Shown here: piece by piece, positions 38,970 through 51,939 of the stretch | Position numbering within the stretch: the first letter of the stretch is position 1 | How the letters are laid out: each line of letters opens with the position of its first letter | NCBI GenBank assembly: GCA_951406725.2 | Contig: OX597819.1 | Location: 39,618,001-39,682,000, forward strand | DNA length: 64,000 bases | DNA from: Octopus vulgaris | Lineage: Eukaryota | Direction of reading: 5' to 3' | Translations under genes and position numbers: made by a program | The notes under the pieces: model-generated | Seen by the model: only the letters and a program-made list of their open reading frames with translations | Database searches by the model: none | What the model was told of the DNA's origin: nothing

Positions 38970-40190
38970 CGGGGTGTCCCAAAAATATGTATACACACTT
39001 TAACAACTGATAACTCAGCTGATGCTTTTCTTTCCAGATTAAATCCATTGGAATTAATGGTGGCAGTCAGACTAAGCTTTGAACAAAGGAGATTCATTCT
39101 AAGTGTGAAAACGCAATTGAAGTGCAAAGACAGTTAAGAAAGGAGTTTCAAACAGATCCACCAACGCGACTTACCATCACTTGAATTAGAGATAAGTTTG
39201 AAGCCGATGGAACTGTTCAGAATGTCCACGAGAAGTATTCCGGAAGACCAAAAACATCAACAACCCCCACAAGAAGGAATCACCAGAGTCCAAGAAAATC
39301 TGTGCGGCAAGCGAGTCGTGAGGTAGGTATTTCAAAATCGTCTGTTCAACGCATTTTGAAGCGTTGTCAACGGAAAAGTTGCGTTCCAAGATTAGTCCAT
39401 GTTATTAATGATGATAATCCAGACTGATGAGTGCGTACTGTGAGTGGTACTTGGCACGATGTGTAGAAGATGCACACTTTCTAACAAAGATTGTGTGGAG
39501 TAATGAGGCCACATTCAAATTAAATGGTTCAATTGACCTCCACAATTACACCTAATGGGGACCTGAGAATCCGTATGTTATGGTGGAACAACATGTTAAT
39601 TTACCAGGAATTACAGTGTGGTGTGGTTTATCATCAAGAGCATTAAATGGACCATTCTTTTTTTATGCTACCGTGTCTGGTTCTGTTTACTTGAACTTTC
39701 TGCAACAGTCTGTCATGCCAAGCATTAGAGAAGATGAGAAGTTTTATTTTCAGCAAGATGGGGCACTCCCACGCTACCATTGTGGTGTGAGATCCTTCCT
39801 TGATGAAATCTTGCCAAACAGGTGAATTGGACGTTGAATATCCTCCGCGTTCACCAGATCTCACACCACTAGACTGTTTTTTTTTATGGGGATACCTAAC
39901 AGATAAAGTCTACGCTATGAAACCTGCAACAGTCACTGATTTGAGAGCAGCCATTTGAGAGAATGCATGCAAATACCAAACGAATTTTTTCGTGATGTTT
40001 GCAATTCCATTGCTTCACATTGTCAGCAGTGCCTGGACTAGAACGGACGTCTGTTTGAAAACAGGCATTGACAAAACTATAAAATAACGTCTGTAGATTA
40101 TACTAAATTTAAAAATTGAAATTTATTTTAATAAACACCTACTTCAAAAATTATTTAAAGTGTGTATACATTTTGGTGGGGGACACCCTA
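38970..40190 (+). mobile_element. Full-length decayed Tc1/mariner-superfamily transposon (~1.2 kb)
   Basis: TIRs GGGGTGTCCCAAAAATATGTATACACACTTTA / TAAAGTGTGTATACATTTTGGTGGGGGACACCC and broken transposase motifs WSNEATF, FQQDGA, SPDLTPLD..LWGYL. Confidence 0.9.
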
Positions 40191-40199
40191 TATATATGT

Positions 40200-40469
40200 A
40201 TCTGTAAAATAATATGTGACAATTATTCAAAAGCCAAGATAAAACTCTGAGTTTCGGATGCCGAGGTAGAAATCCACAACGCCATCTCTTCGGTTATCTG
40301 GCCAGAAAACCAAAAAGATGGTGTTGTGGATTTCCACCTCGGCATCCGAAACTCAGAGTTTTATCTTGGCTACCGAATAATTGTCACAAATTATTTTACA
40401 GATAAATTCCCTCTATTTACATAATATTGAGGTCTCTTTCTTTCTTTTGTTATCTTACCGTTTTTACCA

Positions 40470-40471
<2 letters not shown>
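40200..40471. mobile_element. Family G element, fold-back (palindrome 40200-40403 centred on TGGCCA)
   Basis: The arms are complementary over ~100 bp, and the sense copy continues to the 3' end TTTTACCAATA + (TA)n. Confidence 0.85.
40233..40302 (-). ncRNA. Type I hammerhead-like motif (family G, core CCGAAGA)
   Basis: Minus strand: GCCAGATAA-CCGAAGA-GATGG...CATCC-GAA-ACTC-a-GAGT-T-TTATCTTGGC. Stem I is about 9 bp with a bulge and stem III is near-palindromic. The + arm copy has a decayed core (CCAAAAA). Confidence 0.6.
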
Positions 40472-40521
<50 letters not shown>

Positions 40522-40532
40522 TATATAGAAGG

Positions 40533-40583
40533 AGCTTCTACAGGACTAGAACTGTTTCATTCAAGAGAAATCTTCAGGAAGCT
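40533..40583 (-). ncRNA. Type I hammerhead ribozyme (family A)
   Basis: Reverse complement of 41714-41764. Confidence 0.75.
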
Positions 40584-41148
40584 AGTTAACAAGAATTGTA
40601 TTGGCATTTATACATTTAGGCAGGTTTAAAGGGGTGGTGGTGGGGGACTTTTTGGGGGTAGGCATAGCGCAAAATATCATACTTGGGGGAGTGGTCAAGG
40701 AGTCAGTGGTAAATTAGATAAAAGAATAAATAAAAAAATAAAAAAATATATATAAAAAAGAATAGAGTTTTAGGTAAATAAGGAGATTCTCACTTATACC
40801 TATACACATATGTATACATATATACACACACATACATACATATATACATACACACATACATACACACACACACATATACATATATATACACATACACTTA
40901 CATATACATATCTACACATACACATATATATATACATACACTCACTCACATGCATACACGTATACACACATGTATATATACACACACGACCACACATACA
41001 TATACACACAGAAAAATATATATACATACACACACATACACATACACGCATACACACACATCTCCACATACACACATGCACACACAGCACACTAGTCCCT
41101 ATATACACATATATACACATACACACATATATATACATACACATACAT

Positions 41149-41188
<40 letters not shown>

Positions 41189-41713
41189 GTGTACCTATAC
41201 ATACCTACACATACACACATATATATACATACAAATACATACAAATATATACATACAAATACATACATTTCCAACCTTGTGTATATATACATGTGTGTAT
41301 ACGTGTATGCATGTGAGTGAGTGTATGTATATATATATGTGTATGTGTAGATATGTATATGTAAGTGTATGTGTATATATATGTATATGTGTGTGTGTGT
41401 ATGTATGTGTGTATGTATATATGTATGTATGTGTGTGTATATATGTATACATATGTGTATAGGTATAAGTGAGAATCTCCTTATTTACCTAAAACTCTAT
41501 TCTTTTTTATATATATATTTTTTTTTTTATTTATTCTTTTATCTAATTTACCACTGACTCCTTGACCACTCCCCCAAGTATGATATTTTGCGCTATGCCT
41601 ACCCCCAAAAAGTCCCCCGATATTTTGCGCTATGCCTACCCCCAAAAAGTCCCCCACCACCACCCCTTTAAACCTGCCTAAATGTATAAATGCCAATACA
41701 ATTCTTGTTAACT

Positions 41714-41764
41714 AGCTTCCTGAAGATTTCTCTTGAATGAAACAGTTCTAGTCCTGTAGAAGCT
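41714..41764 (+). ncRNA. Type I hammerhead ribozyme (family A)
   Basis: AGCTTC-CTGAAGA-TTTC-tctt-GAAT-GAA-ACAG-ttctagtc-CTGT-A-GAAGCT. It differs from the 22400 copy only at N7 and in loop II. Confidence 0.75.
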
Positions 41765-41847
41765 CCTTCTATATAATAAATTAATTTTACTCTGCTATGT
41801 ATTGAGTACCTTATTTACTGTGGTTAACCCCGAATCAACCCGGGACC

Positions 41848-41894
<47 letters not shown>

Positions 41895-42327
41895 TTTATA
41901 TTTGTCTATGGTAACGTTTAGAATATGCAAATAAACTCCTATTCCATTATGCGGGGCATCGTCAAATTATGCTGACTAGTGAGCCAGTTTTTCGGGGTTG
42001 TATCAAGTTGTGCCAACATAATGTAGGATAAATATGATAATAATAATAATAATAGCAATAACCTTAGTATAGAATTTATAAATGTTTAGTGCATCGCTAC
42101 GTGCATTTCCACAAATCACATGGATCACAGTCCGTATCCCTGGGACAATTACAGTGTAGTCCGTAATATCCGTGAGCATCCGGTTGATCATCATCATTAA
42201 ATGGTTCAATTGACCGCCACAATAAAAGTAGTACTTAACCGAACGTAATGAAGGAATCAACCAACTTATGCTCAAACGTTTCTCTAAGATCGAGAAAAAG
42301 AGATGGGTTTTTCATTAACTCTGCTGG

Positions 42328-42358
<31 letters not shown>

Positions 42359-42502
42359 AGAGAGAGAGAGAGAGAGAGGGGGAAACAGACACACACACTC
42401 ACACAAACACGAATTATAACCCTTCCTTCATATTTCTGTCAATTTAGCAAATAACTAAATAATTTCTTTTAACAAACGGTAGCAGCAGCAGCAGTATTTG
42501 TT

Positions 42503-42534
<32 letters not shown>

Positions 42535-42633
42535 TGCATAGCATGTTTTTTAGTTGTGCTGGTGATGGTGATGGTGTTGGGAGATGTGGTGTTGGTGGTG
42601 GTTGTGGTGGCGATATTGGTGATGGTGGTGGTG

Positions 42634-42775
42634 GGCGGTGGGAGCGGCGGCGGGAGCGGCGGCGGGAGCGGCGGCGGGAGCGGCGGCGGGAGCGGCGGCG
42701 GGAGCGGCGGCGGGAGCGGCGGCGGGAGCGGCGGCGGGAGCGGCGGCGGGAGCGGCGGCGGGAGCGGCGGCGGCG
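42634..42775. repeat. 12-bp GC-rich minisatellite (GGCGGCGGGAGC) x11
   Basis: GGGAGC recurs every 12 bp from 42640 to 42760. Confidence 0.95.
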
Positions 42776-44510
42776 GAGGAGGTGGATTTTAATAACAACG
42801 ATAATAATAATTTTCTTATTAAATATTTATTTCTCAAAGTTGACATTCTGTGACATGTTTGACAAATCGAGGCACCTGTTGTATTGTTCACTGTACACAC
42901 TAGCTTCCTGGCTGACTAACAACAGCAGCGGGTTTCCTTAAAGATACAAGAAGAGCGCCTGCCGAAACTCTGCGCACCTAAAGGCGATATTAATAAAAGA
43001 AGACATCTTTAAATGAGACAGAGGAAAACAGCTGAAATATTAGAATACACTGAAATGACCCCAGATCAATATTATGTACTGTTGACATGGTAAAGAAAAA
43101 CTTAACTACTGGTTGTTGTACTGATATAATAGGGTCTGTAATAGTCAAAATCATCACCGTTACCATCGTCGTCATCATTATCATTATCATCATGATCATC
43201 ATCGTCGTTGTCTTCATCGTCATCGTCGTCATCGTCGTCATCGCGCATATCATCTTCATTCTCATTTTTACCTACATCATCATACTCGTCGTCGTCATTA
43301 TCATCTTCGTTGTCGTCGTTATCGTCATCGTCATCATCGTCGTCGTCTTCGTCGTCGTCGTCATCATCGTCATTATCTTCACTATAATTATAATTATCAT
43401 TATCCCCATCCTTTGTCCGATCGTGGTTCTCATCAGATACTTCAGATCTGCTAGGGATGATAGCCAAATCTCTCTCAAACCAATCCTCCTATCCGATTTT
43501 TTTATTTAAAAAAATCTATTGAACAATGTAGTCCTGCATATACAAATAGGTTAGATGGTCACGACTGGAACGTTTTCGACTATAGATCTACTCGTCTAAA
43601 GGTAGAGCTTAAACAAAAACAACCATCCCTACATCAGCATCAGTATAATTTTCTCTGTCGATATCATTAGCACAAATGAGATTTGTTTGGCATCTTACCA
43701 TTGTACTGCGATGTAGGCCACAAAACAGCAGTAAAAAGCCGCATCACAATCTATTAGTTATTATGAATTACAATATATTACTATAATTAATGAAGCAAAA
43801 ATATAAAGTCCCTAAAGTTACAACAATATCGAATATTTCATAAGAAGATACATTAATTCTATAGAAAGATTTAATGCACTATTCATTTTGTGATCTCCAT
43901 CACGTTGAGAGATTTTATCTCAACTCGCAGTAAAATCATATTTTTGAGGGCTCATTTAAAGGAAGAAAGGCAACATCCACGACAATATTTCAAAGACCCT
44001 GAAATAGAGACAAGAAAGATGTGAAATTACCTCAGACCAGAAACCAGGCCCCAGATGCTTGCAACTAAGTGGACTTCGTCACAGATACTTGAGAGCGATG
44101 AAGTTTGACTATCACCCTCAAACAAGAACGGTTTCTCAGGCAGTGCTGCACACAATGTTCATTTACCAAATTCTGCTCACTCTTCCAACTAGTTGTCTCA
44201 AAGTGCTGTACAGGTAGGGGGATCGAACCATAGACCACATCATTTCGGAGCAAGCATGTTAATCACATGGCTATAGCTCGCATTGGATGAATTTACTACC
44301 GAAAACCATGATATAATCGTCCAGTCTGAGATTCCAAAGTACCTGAAAATATTTGGGATCCATATAAGACATGAAATTTTATTGAGGTGAGCATGAAACA
44401 GTTTTGTAAGGTGAGTTGTCATGAATTCTAGCATCTCTGGTTGAAAGTACATATAATTCAGATAAGAATAGGTGTTTTTCAAATATTAAATATATATTTT
44501 TTTCCTTTTT

Positions 44511-44912
44511 TCCTTTTACTTGTTTCAGTCATTTGACTGCGGCCATGCTGGAGCACCGCCTTTAGTCGAGCAAATCAACCCCGGGACTTATTCTTTTGTA
44601 AGCCCAGTACTTATTCTATCAGTCTCTTTTGCCGAACCGCTAAGTGACGGGGATGTAAACACACCAGCATCGGTTGTCAAGCAATGCTAGGGGAACAAAC
44701 ACAGACACACAAACATATACACACACACTTATATATATATACATATATACGACAGGCTTCTTTCAGTTTCCGTCTACCAAATCCACTCACAAGGCATTGG
44801 TCGGCCCGGGGCTATAGCAGAAGACACTTGCCCAAGATGCCACGCAGTGGGACTGAACCCGGCACCATGTGGTTGGTTAGCAAGCTACTTACCACACAGC
44901 CACTCCTGCGCC
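44511..44912 (-). mobile_element. SINE family A, full length
   Basis: Near-identical to 11191-11610. Confidence 0.92.
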
Positions 44913-45399
44913 TATATACTCACTTTTCTTTGTTAATTCTGCGATCATTTAATGATATATCAGGAAAGAGGCAATAGAAGTACTACTAAGCCGAACGTAA
45001 TGAAGGATTCAACCAACTTATACTCAAACGCTTCTCTAAAATCGAGGGAAAGAGATGAATTTTTGATTAACTCTGCTGGCAATTTTAGGATTGATTTCAG
45101 GGTGTAGTTTGGTATTGACAGATGAATTCTATTTCTTGAAAGATAGGAATAAAGTCTCTCACTTCCTAGTAGATGGCCACAATAAGCAATAAACACATTT
45201 GTTTATTTCTTAAGGCTTACAACTAATTGGTTGCTGATTTAAATTATACAACTACCTTGCGAAATTTCAGTTGACTATGAACAAAATGAAGGCTAAAAAT
45301 ATTCGGGTTCCATACAGGAAAATAAGAGTGAAACGGAAGAGAATAAAAGATAGGAACAGAAAGGAATTCAAAAGAAGGGTTGGATAGATTATTGAAACA

Positions 45400-46530
45400 T
45401 AATTAAATGGTTGGAATACCATAATAAACAGTTGAGGGATACAAATATTTCGGTTGATAAAATTGAATTGTTTGAAAACAAATACACCAGAGTGTTATTC
45501 GCAATGTAGAATCAGTTTCATCATCGAAGCACTGCTAGCAGTATGAATATAAGGAAAACAAAGAGAGGTGGCAGATGCCTACTCGATGCAAAAGACTATA
45601 GAAAACTTGGAAAATGTTGAATGGTGAGTAGTAGATTAAGAAAAGTAATGAAAATCATTATATTTACGGACAGGAAAATCAAAGCAAGTACAGAGAGAAA
45701 GAATTGAGAAAAAGAAAAGAAAGATTTTGTTGTGTCTACGGAGAGTCATACTGCCTTAATATCTAACACACGCACCAGTTCAATTTCCATTCGTTTATTA
45801 TTTATATTTTTTTCTTTTCCAAAATGTTCGCTTCTTTTCCAACCTTGTCAATGAATATCCATTGACAAGGTTGCAAAAGCAACGAAAATTTTGTAAAAGA
45901 AAAAATATAGATAATAAACGTGTGAAAATTGAACCGGTGAATGTGCTAGATATTAAGGCAATATGACTATCCCCAGACACAACAAAATTTGCTTCAACGC
46001 ACGAATTCACATAAAGAATCTTGCAAACCAGATACAAAAACAAAGAAAAAGATAATGACGAACAAAAGAGATAAAAGGAAGCAATGAAACAAGAGAACAG
46101 TAAAAAGTGTTATCTGATTAATTTGACTGGCACGCAGATGATATTTTGTAGGATAAAAACAATGGGCTTAATTGAGTGATGAAAAACTGAAGAGAGTTGC
46201 AGAAACCATGATCATAGCTATATAAGAACAAACTATAAAAAATTATATGAAGCCCAATATAGAAAACCAAAATCAAAAACAGTAAGTGTTGGATGTATGA
46301 CAAAGAATATAAAACTGCCACGAAATGAATAACTTTAAACTAAATGGTACAAAAAATGCAAACGAAGCCATTATAGAATTCAAAACACGATATACGTATA
46401 TATATAAGTAGGAAATTTTGATTCAAAGTTGATAAAAAGCATTATTAAAAATGAATGATTTAAGATTTTGCGGTATTTCTCTGTACAAACTGATCATGTA
46501 AACAGATATCTTAAACCCGGTTTTATCATG
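45400..46530 (+). pseudogene. Highly decayed R4/Dong-type LINE (post-RT, zinc finger and endonuclease region)
   Basis: FHHRS...KRGGRCL (~45516-45582) and [23 protein letters not shown] (~46458-46528) resemble the HP.S...GGRGL and KILWDF.IQTD....KPD motifs. Confidence 0.5.
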
Positions 46531-46653
46531 ACTGAGAGACAGTATGACGGATCATAGATATTGCTACGTCTGACATACATACATACATACATACATACAT
46601 ACATACATACATACATACATACATACATACATACATACATACATACAAACATA

Positions 46654-47036
46654 CATGGTGGCTGCCCCCTCATTATCGAGTATGGCCATTGCATGAAGCT
46701 TAATCAATGTTGTTATCGTGCAACGCCTGTGCAAGAAGATTTTTTTTAAGTGAGGAAAGGCTGTGCACTGAGTCAATCCCACTCACTAAGCAACAGCAGT
46801 CATAATCCGAAAAGAAGAACAAGTCAACATCATCGGTAACCACTGAGCCGCAGGTTTTATGTCGGAGTTATCCCAGTTACCTGAGTTACCTTCTCCTAGA
46901 AGGATGCCCCAACAAAGGCTAGGGGTCCTCCACTTCCAATGGTTCAGTTCAATTATTTCTATGTCCCCGCGCATGATACAGCCTTAAGACATTTATTGGA
47001 TGGCCGTTGACTCTCGAGAGTTCCTCCGCCCTTTGA
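46654..47036 (-). mobile_element. Short RTE-derived non-autonomous retroposon between (CATA)n tracts
   Basis: The 3' terminus matches the RTE end at 26838-26883. The internal GGAGAAGGTAACTC...TAAAACC resembles an RTE 5' UTR. Confidence 0.6.
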
Positions 47037-47130
47037 CATACATACATACATACATACATACATACATACATACATACATACATACATACATACATACATA
47101 CATACATACATACATACATACATACATACT

Positions 47131-47380
47131 TAGCTGTCAAGCGGATGTTAACATAAAACTGAAGATCAGCGGAAAAGAGACCACCTATGCTGAACTATTG
47201 AGAAATTTTCAGTTGCTCCATCCAGATTACAAGTTCAGATTTATATCTGTAACTATTGGGGCCCTGGGATATATAGCACACAACCTAAATACTAATCTTG
47301 AGAAATTAGGCTTCTCAAAACCAAAAAGGAGAAAGCTAATTCGAAGACTACAGTAAAAACCTTCCAGAAGTTTATCATTT
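47131..47380 (+). pseudogene. RLE-type LINE C-terminal fragment
   Basis: SCQADVNIKLKISGKETTYAELLRNFQLLHPDYKFRFISVTIGALG. Confidence 0.65.
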
Positions 47381-47521
47381 AAATATATATGAGCATGTCT
47401 AGACATGCAACTATATGCATGAGAATACAAACATAAAACATACAAAATTGCACATGCATACATACATACACACACACACACACGTTCATACATACATACA
47501 AACACACACGCACACACACAC

Positions 47522-47552
<31 letters not shown>

Positions 47553-47829
47553 CATACATACATACATACATACATACATACATACATACATACATACATA
47601 GGAAAAATAACCTGTTGTTGATGCTGAAATTCCAATGAAGGAACCTTGAATCTAGGTTGGAAACCAGTACTTTCCCTATTGGCAAGAAATATTGAAATAA
47701 ACTGAAATAAATTTACATACATACCTTTATCTAGTTTCACATGCTTCTAACACACGTTTTTAACGTCTATTGTACTGTACGTGAAAGATATTTTTAACTA
47801 ATGCTCCTGTGACAATAAAAGAAACTGCT

Positions 47830-47924
<95 letters not shown>

Positions 47925-47928
<4 letters not shown>

Positions 47929-48205
47929 TAGTTTTATTTTTATAGTGTGCTTTCACTTCACTACCGAGCGCAGCTCTATGTGCCTTGGGTATGTGCTGTG
48001 ATTTGCTGTGATGCTCTGATGGTTATTGTATGGAAAGTGTTCTGCGTAGGATGTGTGCAGTGCCTAGTAGTGCAATTTTCTGTATGTTATATGTGTTTGT
48101 AAGTCCTGGTGTTTTTGTTATGTATTTGTCTGAATATTTTTTATCATACCTAATGCACCTACTATGATAGGAATTGTTTCTGTTTTCAGATTCCACATTC
48201 TGGTT
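47925..48205 (-). pseudogene. R4/Dong-type LINE 3' end with (TAA)n tail
   Basis: MWNLKTETIPIIVGALGMI...IQKIALLGTAHILRRTL, with the tail at 47859-47925. Confidence 0.8.
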
Positions 48206-48206
48206 G

Positions 48207-48267
<61 letters not shown>

Positions 48268-48269
<2 letters not shown>

Positions 48270-48518
48270 GTTTGACTTTTGCTTTATATTTGTACAAGTT
48301 GGCTTCAAGTCTCACCCAGAGACCTCAAGAGACAACAGGTTGGAAGTTCGTGTTGTTGTTATGCCTAGTGTGCCATATATGTGGTTTTGTATTTAGTGTT
48401 GTACTAGTGAATGTCTAAAAAAAACGAAAATTATGTTTGTTTTAAAACTTGAGATTATATAGAAAGTATTTTGCGTAGGATATGAGCAGTTCCCATGAGC
48501 ACTATCTTTTGAATTCCT
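48268..48518 (-). pseudogene. Second R4/Dong-type 3' end with (TAA)n tail
   Basis: IQKIVLMGTAHILRKIL, then a 3' UTR and (TAA)n at 48210-48267. Confidence 0.7.
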
Positions 48519-48534
48519 CGGTTCAGTGCCATTA

Positions 48535-49203
48535 TTCTTTTATTCTTTAATTTGTTTCAGTCATTTTGACTGTAGCCATGCTGGAGCACCGTCTTTTAGT
48601 CGAAGAAATCGACCCCTGGATTTATTCCTTGTAAGCCTGGTACTTATTCTATCGGTGTCTTTTACCGAACCGCCAATGTTACAGGGATGTAAACACACCA
48701 ATACTGGTTGTCATGCGATAGTGGGGGAACAAAGATAGACACAAACACAGAAATATATGCACACACACACACACACACACAAATATATATATATATATAT
48801 ATATATATTCAAAATGTGACCGCGTGTGTACCGTTGGCGATTTTTTCCCTCTGTCTTCCCTTCTCTGAATCTTTCCTTCTCCTATGTTTCCGAAGAAGAG
48901 CTCCGCTCGAAACGTTAAACCCTCCTTCTTTCCTTCTTTCCTGAGCGTCCAATAATACTATATTTGTTCCACGTCCTGGCGTTGTTGTGTTTTCTCTTTG
49001 TGTTTTCATGTTTGGATTGACTATATATAAGTGTGTATATGTATATATATATATATGTGTCGGATTTCTTTCAGTTTCCGTCTACCAAGACCACTTGCAA
49101 GGCTTTGGTTAGCCTGAGGTTATAATAGACGATACTTGCCCAAGATGCCATACAGTGGGACTAAACACAGAACCATATGGTTGAGAAGCAAGCTTCTTAC
49201 CAT
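48535..49203 (-). mobile_element. SINE family A split by a family E HHR element inserted in its internal (TA)n
   Basis: SINE tail 48535-48760, SINE head 49060-49203, insert 48810-49022. Confidence 0.8.
48886..48920 (+). ncRNA. Minimal HHR-like motif (family E, core CCGAAGA)
   Basis: GTTT-CCGAAGA-A-GAGC-tcc-GCTC-GAAA-CG-TT-AAAC. It differs from the 3057 copy only at N7. Confidence 0.55.
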
Positions 49204-50105
49204 GTATATTGAGAAGACGAAGAAGAAGAAGAAGAAGAAGAAGAAGAAGAAGAAGAAGAAGAAGAAAATACGATAATGATGATGATGATGATAACGACGA
49301 CGGCGACGACGGTGGTGGCGGCGGTGGCGGTGGCGGTGGCGGCGGCTTCGGCGGTGATGTTGGCGTTGGTGACGCTAGTGGTGGGGGGGAGGCTACGCCA
49401 GTGGTAGTTATGGTGGCGGCAGCAGTGTTGTTGTGGCTGTTGTTGATTTTGGTGGAGGTTGTAGTGGTGGTGGTAGTAGATAGCGGCAACTGTGTTGTCA
49501 CTGTTTTTGTCGCTTAAGAAACAAACAGCGCGACAACAGTCTGTATCTAGAACAATACGTGTTTGTACTGTATAATAATTAATGATAAACAATGAATAAA
49601 TATCACACACACACACACACACACAGACACATAAGGAGGAGATCCCACCCTCCTACTTACTCTCTCTCTTTCTCTCACATTACTATTAATATAATATATG
49701 CATAAGCGGGTGGGATGTTGAAGGTGACCAAGAGAATGTTTTATCTTCGCTCAAGATTCACGTGTATAAGCTAAGACAACAACGGTTCGGCAACTTAAGA
49801 TTCATTGATGACGATGACGATGACGGCAATAGATTAGTTAATTAATTAAAGGCTATGATATGAAACGCCCAGCAACGGGCTTCGTTGCCCGAAAATGCCG
49901 CGGCATTTCAACGAAACAGATGTACGTGACAAAACAACATGGTTTTTTTTAGTGGTGGTGGGGTGAAGTAGAGGAACGAGAAAGGAACAGAGGACGAAAC
50001 GAAGTTGTAGTAGTAGTAGTAGTAGTAGTGGTAGTGGTGGTGGTGGTGGTGGTGGTGGTGGTGGTGGTGGTGGTGGTGTTTGTGATGGTGGTGATGTGGC
50101 GGTGG

Positions 50106-50170
<65 letters not shown>

Positions 50171-50402
50171 GGTGGTGGTGGTAGTAGTAGTAGAAGTAGT
50201 TGTAGGAGGAGGAGGAGGAGGAGGAGGAGTAAAAAATAGGAGAGATATTTATGGATGTACGGAACACCTGTAAAACTAGTGAATCAGAACGAAGAATCTG
50301 TTAAGATACGCCACAACTCCATAACTCCCATCACCGCTGCTGATGATTTACATGATCCAAACGGCTGACACCGATAATATTGACAACACACACACACACA
50401 CA

Positions 50403-50443
<41 letters not shown>

Positions 50444-50677
50444 ACTCTTTCGCTCTCTGTTGTTCCTTCAGCACGGAGACATACGTGGAGGAGGCGCAAT
50501 CAGAGACACTCCAACATAAGATACGATGTGTCTAGACAAAGTTATTTGAGAGCATTAGAAATTGTCTACCTATATATAAGTGTTGAGACAATGCATGCAT
50601 ATTTGTATGTGTGCGTATTTACGTATATATATATGTATATATATCTCTCTCTCTCTATATATATATATATATGTATG

Positions 50678-50711
<34 letters not shown>

Positions 50712-50715
50712 AATG

Positions 50716-50752
<37 letters not shown>

Positions 50753-51893
50753 GTATATATATATGTATATATATATATACATACGTACACATACATACAC
50801 ACACACACACTATGAGAAACAGAGAGAGAAGGAGAAAGAGAGATAGATGGTGCAGTAATGTGGGGATGGAGTTAATAAAGCGAGACGAAGAGCTATGTAA
50901 CAAATGTGGGGTGGGTAGGAGGCAAAGGAGAGGAGAGGGATATGTTAAATAAACATAGGAAGAGGAAGAATTGGAGGAGGATGGAGAGATGGTAGTGGAG
51001 TAAGGTAGTATATTATCGATGATAATTTAGAATATTCGAGGAGGATATTTGTGATGTATAAGATATATGCCATCATCTCCATCGCCACCCGTCGTCATCA
51101 TCGTCTAGTCGTTGCGGTTGTTGTTGTGTTGTTGTTTTGGGGCAACTCGTAAGATAAACATCTTTCTAATAAGGCCTTCGTCGTGACCTTAGAAAAGGTT
51201 TTGGATATCAACACCAGCTCATAAACCTAACTGGTAATCAGAAACAAGGCCCAGATTCCGAAACATGATTACGATTTCTGGACCTTGGTCTGGTAATGTG
51301 TAATGAAGTAGCTGTCTATTTCCTTCTTCTGACCTATTAGATGTATTTAGTGGTGATAATAACAGCGGACTGTTAACCCCTTAAAATGGCAAATTGTTAC
51401 ATGTCCCCCACAGAAGTAAATACCACGATCTTTTAAATAAAAGTTTGAAAAGATAGAAATGGAATCAGGGCCATCACTAAGCACTAGGGCTAACTAAGTG
51501 ATCGCCTGGGGTGATAAAATCGGGAGTCCCACAAATAGTTTACACTGAAGTTCTTAATCCAGTTATAAACGCATTAACTTAAAGAGAATAGGTAAGGTCA
51601 ATCCCGTAACAAGAAGCAATTGAGAACATGGTTGAGGCAAACGTAGAATACTGTTTACTCGTACAACCGGGTCGGAAGAAAATCCTACTTAAAGTACTGA
51701 ACAGTAATAAAATCTAATCTCGTACAAATGACATAACTGTGGTTGAGAAGCACGCCTTGCAACCCCGTGCTATCATATCCAGTGCGACGCAGTGACACCT
51801 TGGGTAAGTATCTTCAGCTATTGCCCCAGGTTGACCAATGCTTTGCGAGGGAAGTTTTGAGCTTTGGTCGACAGAAACCGTGTGGAAGACTGT

Positions 51894-51939
<46 letters not shown>

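Larger units (their letters stand above)
40517..41851. mobile_element. HHR family A, large inverted pair
   Basis: Arms 40517-~40984 and ~41278-41781 are near-perfect reverse complements with a ~290-bp spacer. The right arm has a ~37-bp tandem duplication (41582-41655) and the 3' end GGGACCTAC + (TA)n. Confidence 0.9.

Noticed and set aside
46900-47036. HDV-like ribozyme at the 5' end of the RTE-derived element
   Set aside because: I could not assemble the nested double pseudoknot by eye; it needs a descriptor search.
47600-47710. CCAATGA-A...AACCT/AGGTT-GGAAACC possible HHR remnant
   Set aside because: G5 is missing and I could not build stems I and III convincingly.
49877-49912. Stem II-GAAA-palindromic stem III arrangement resembling an HHR
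   Set aside because: There is no CUGANGA-like segment upstream (CCCAGCAAC) and no stem I.
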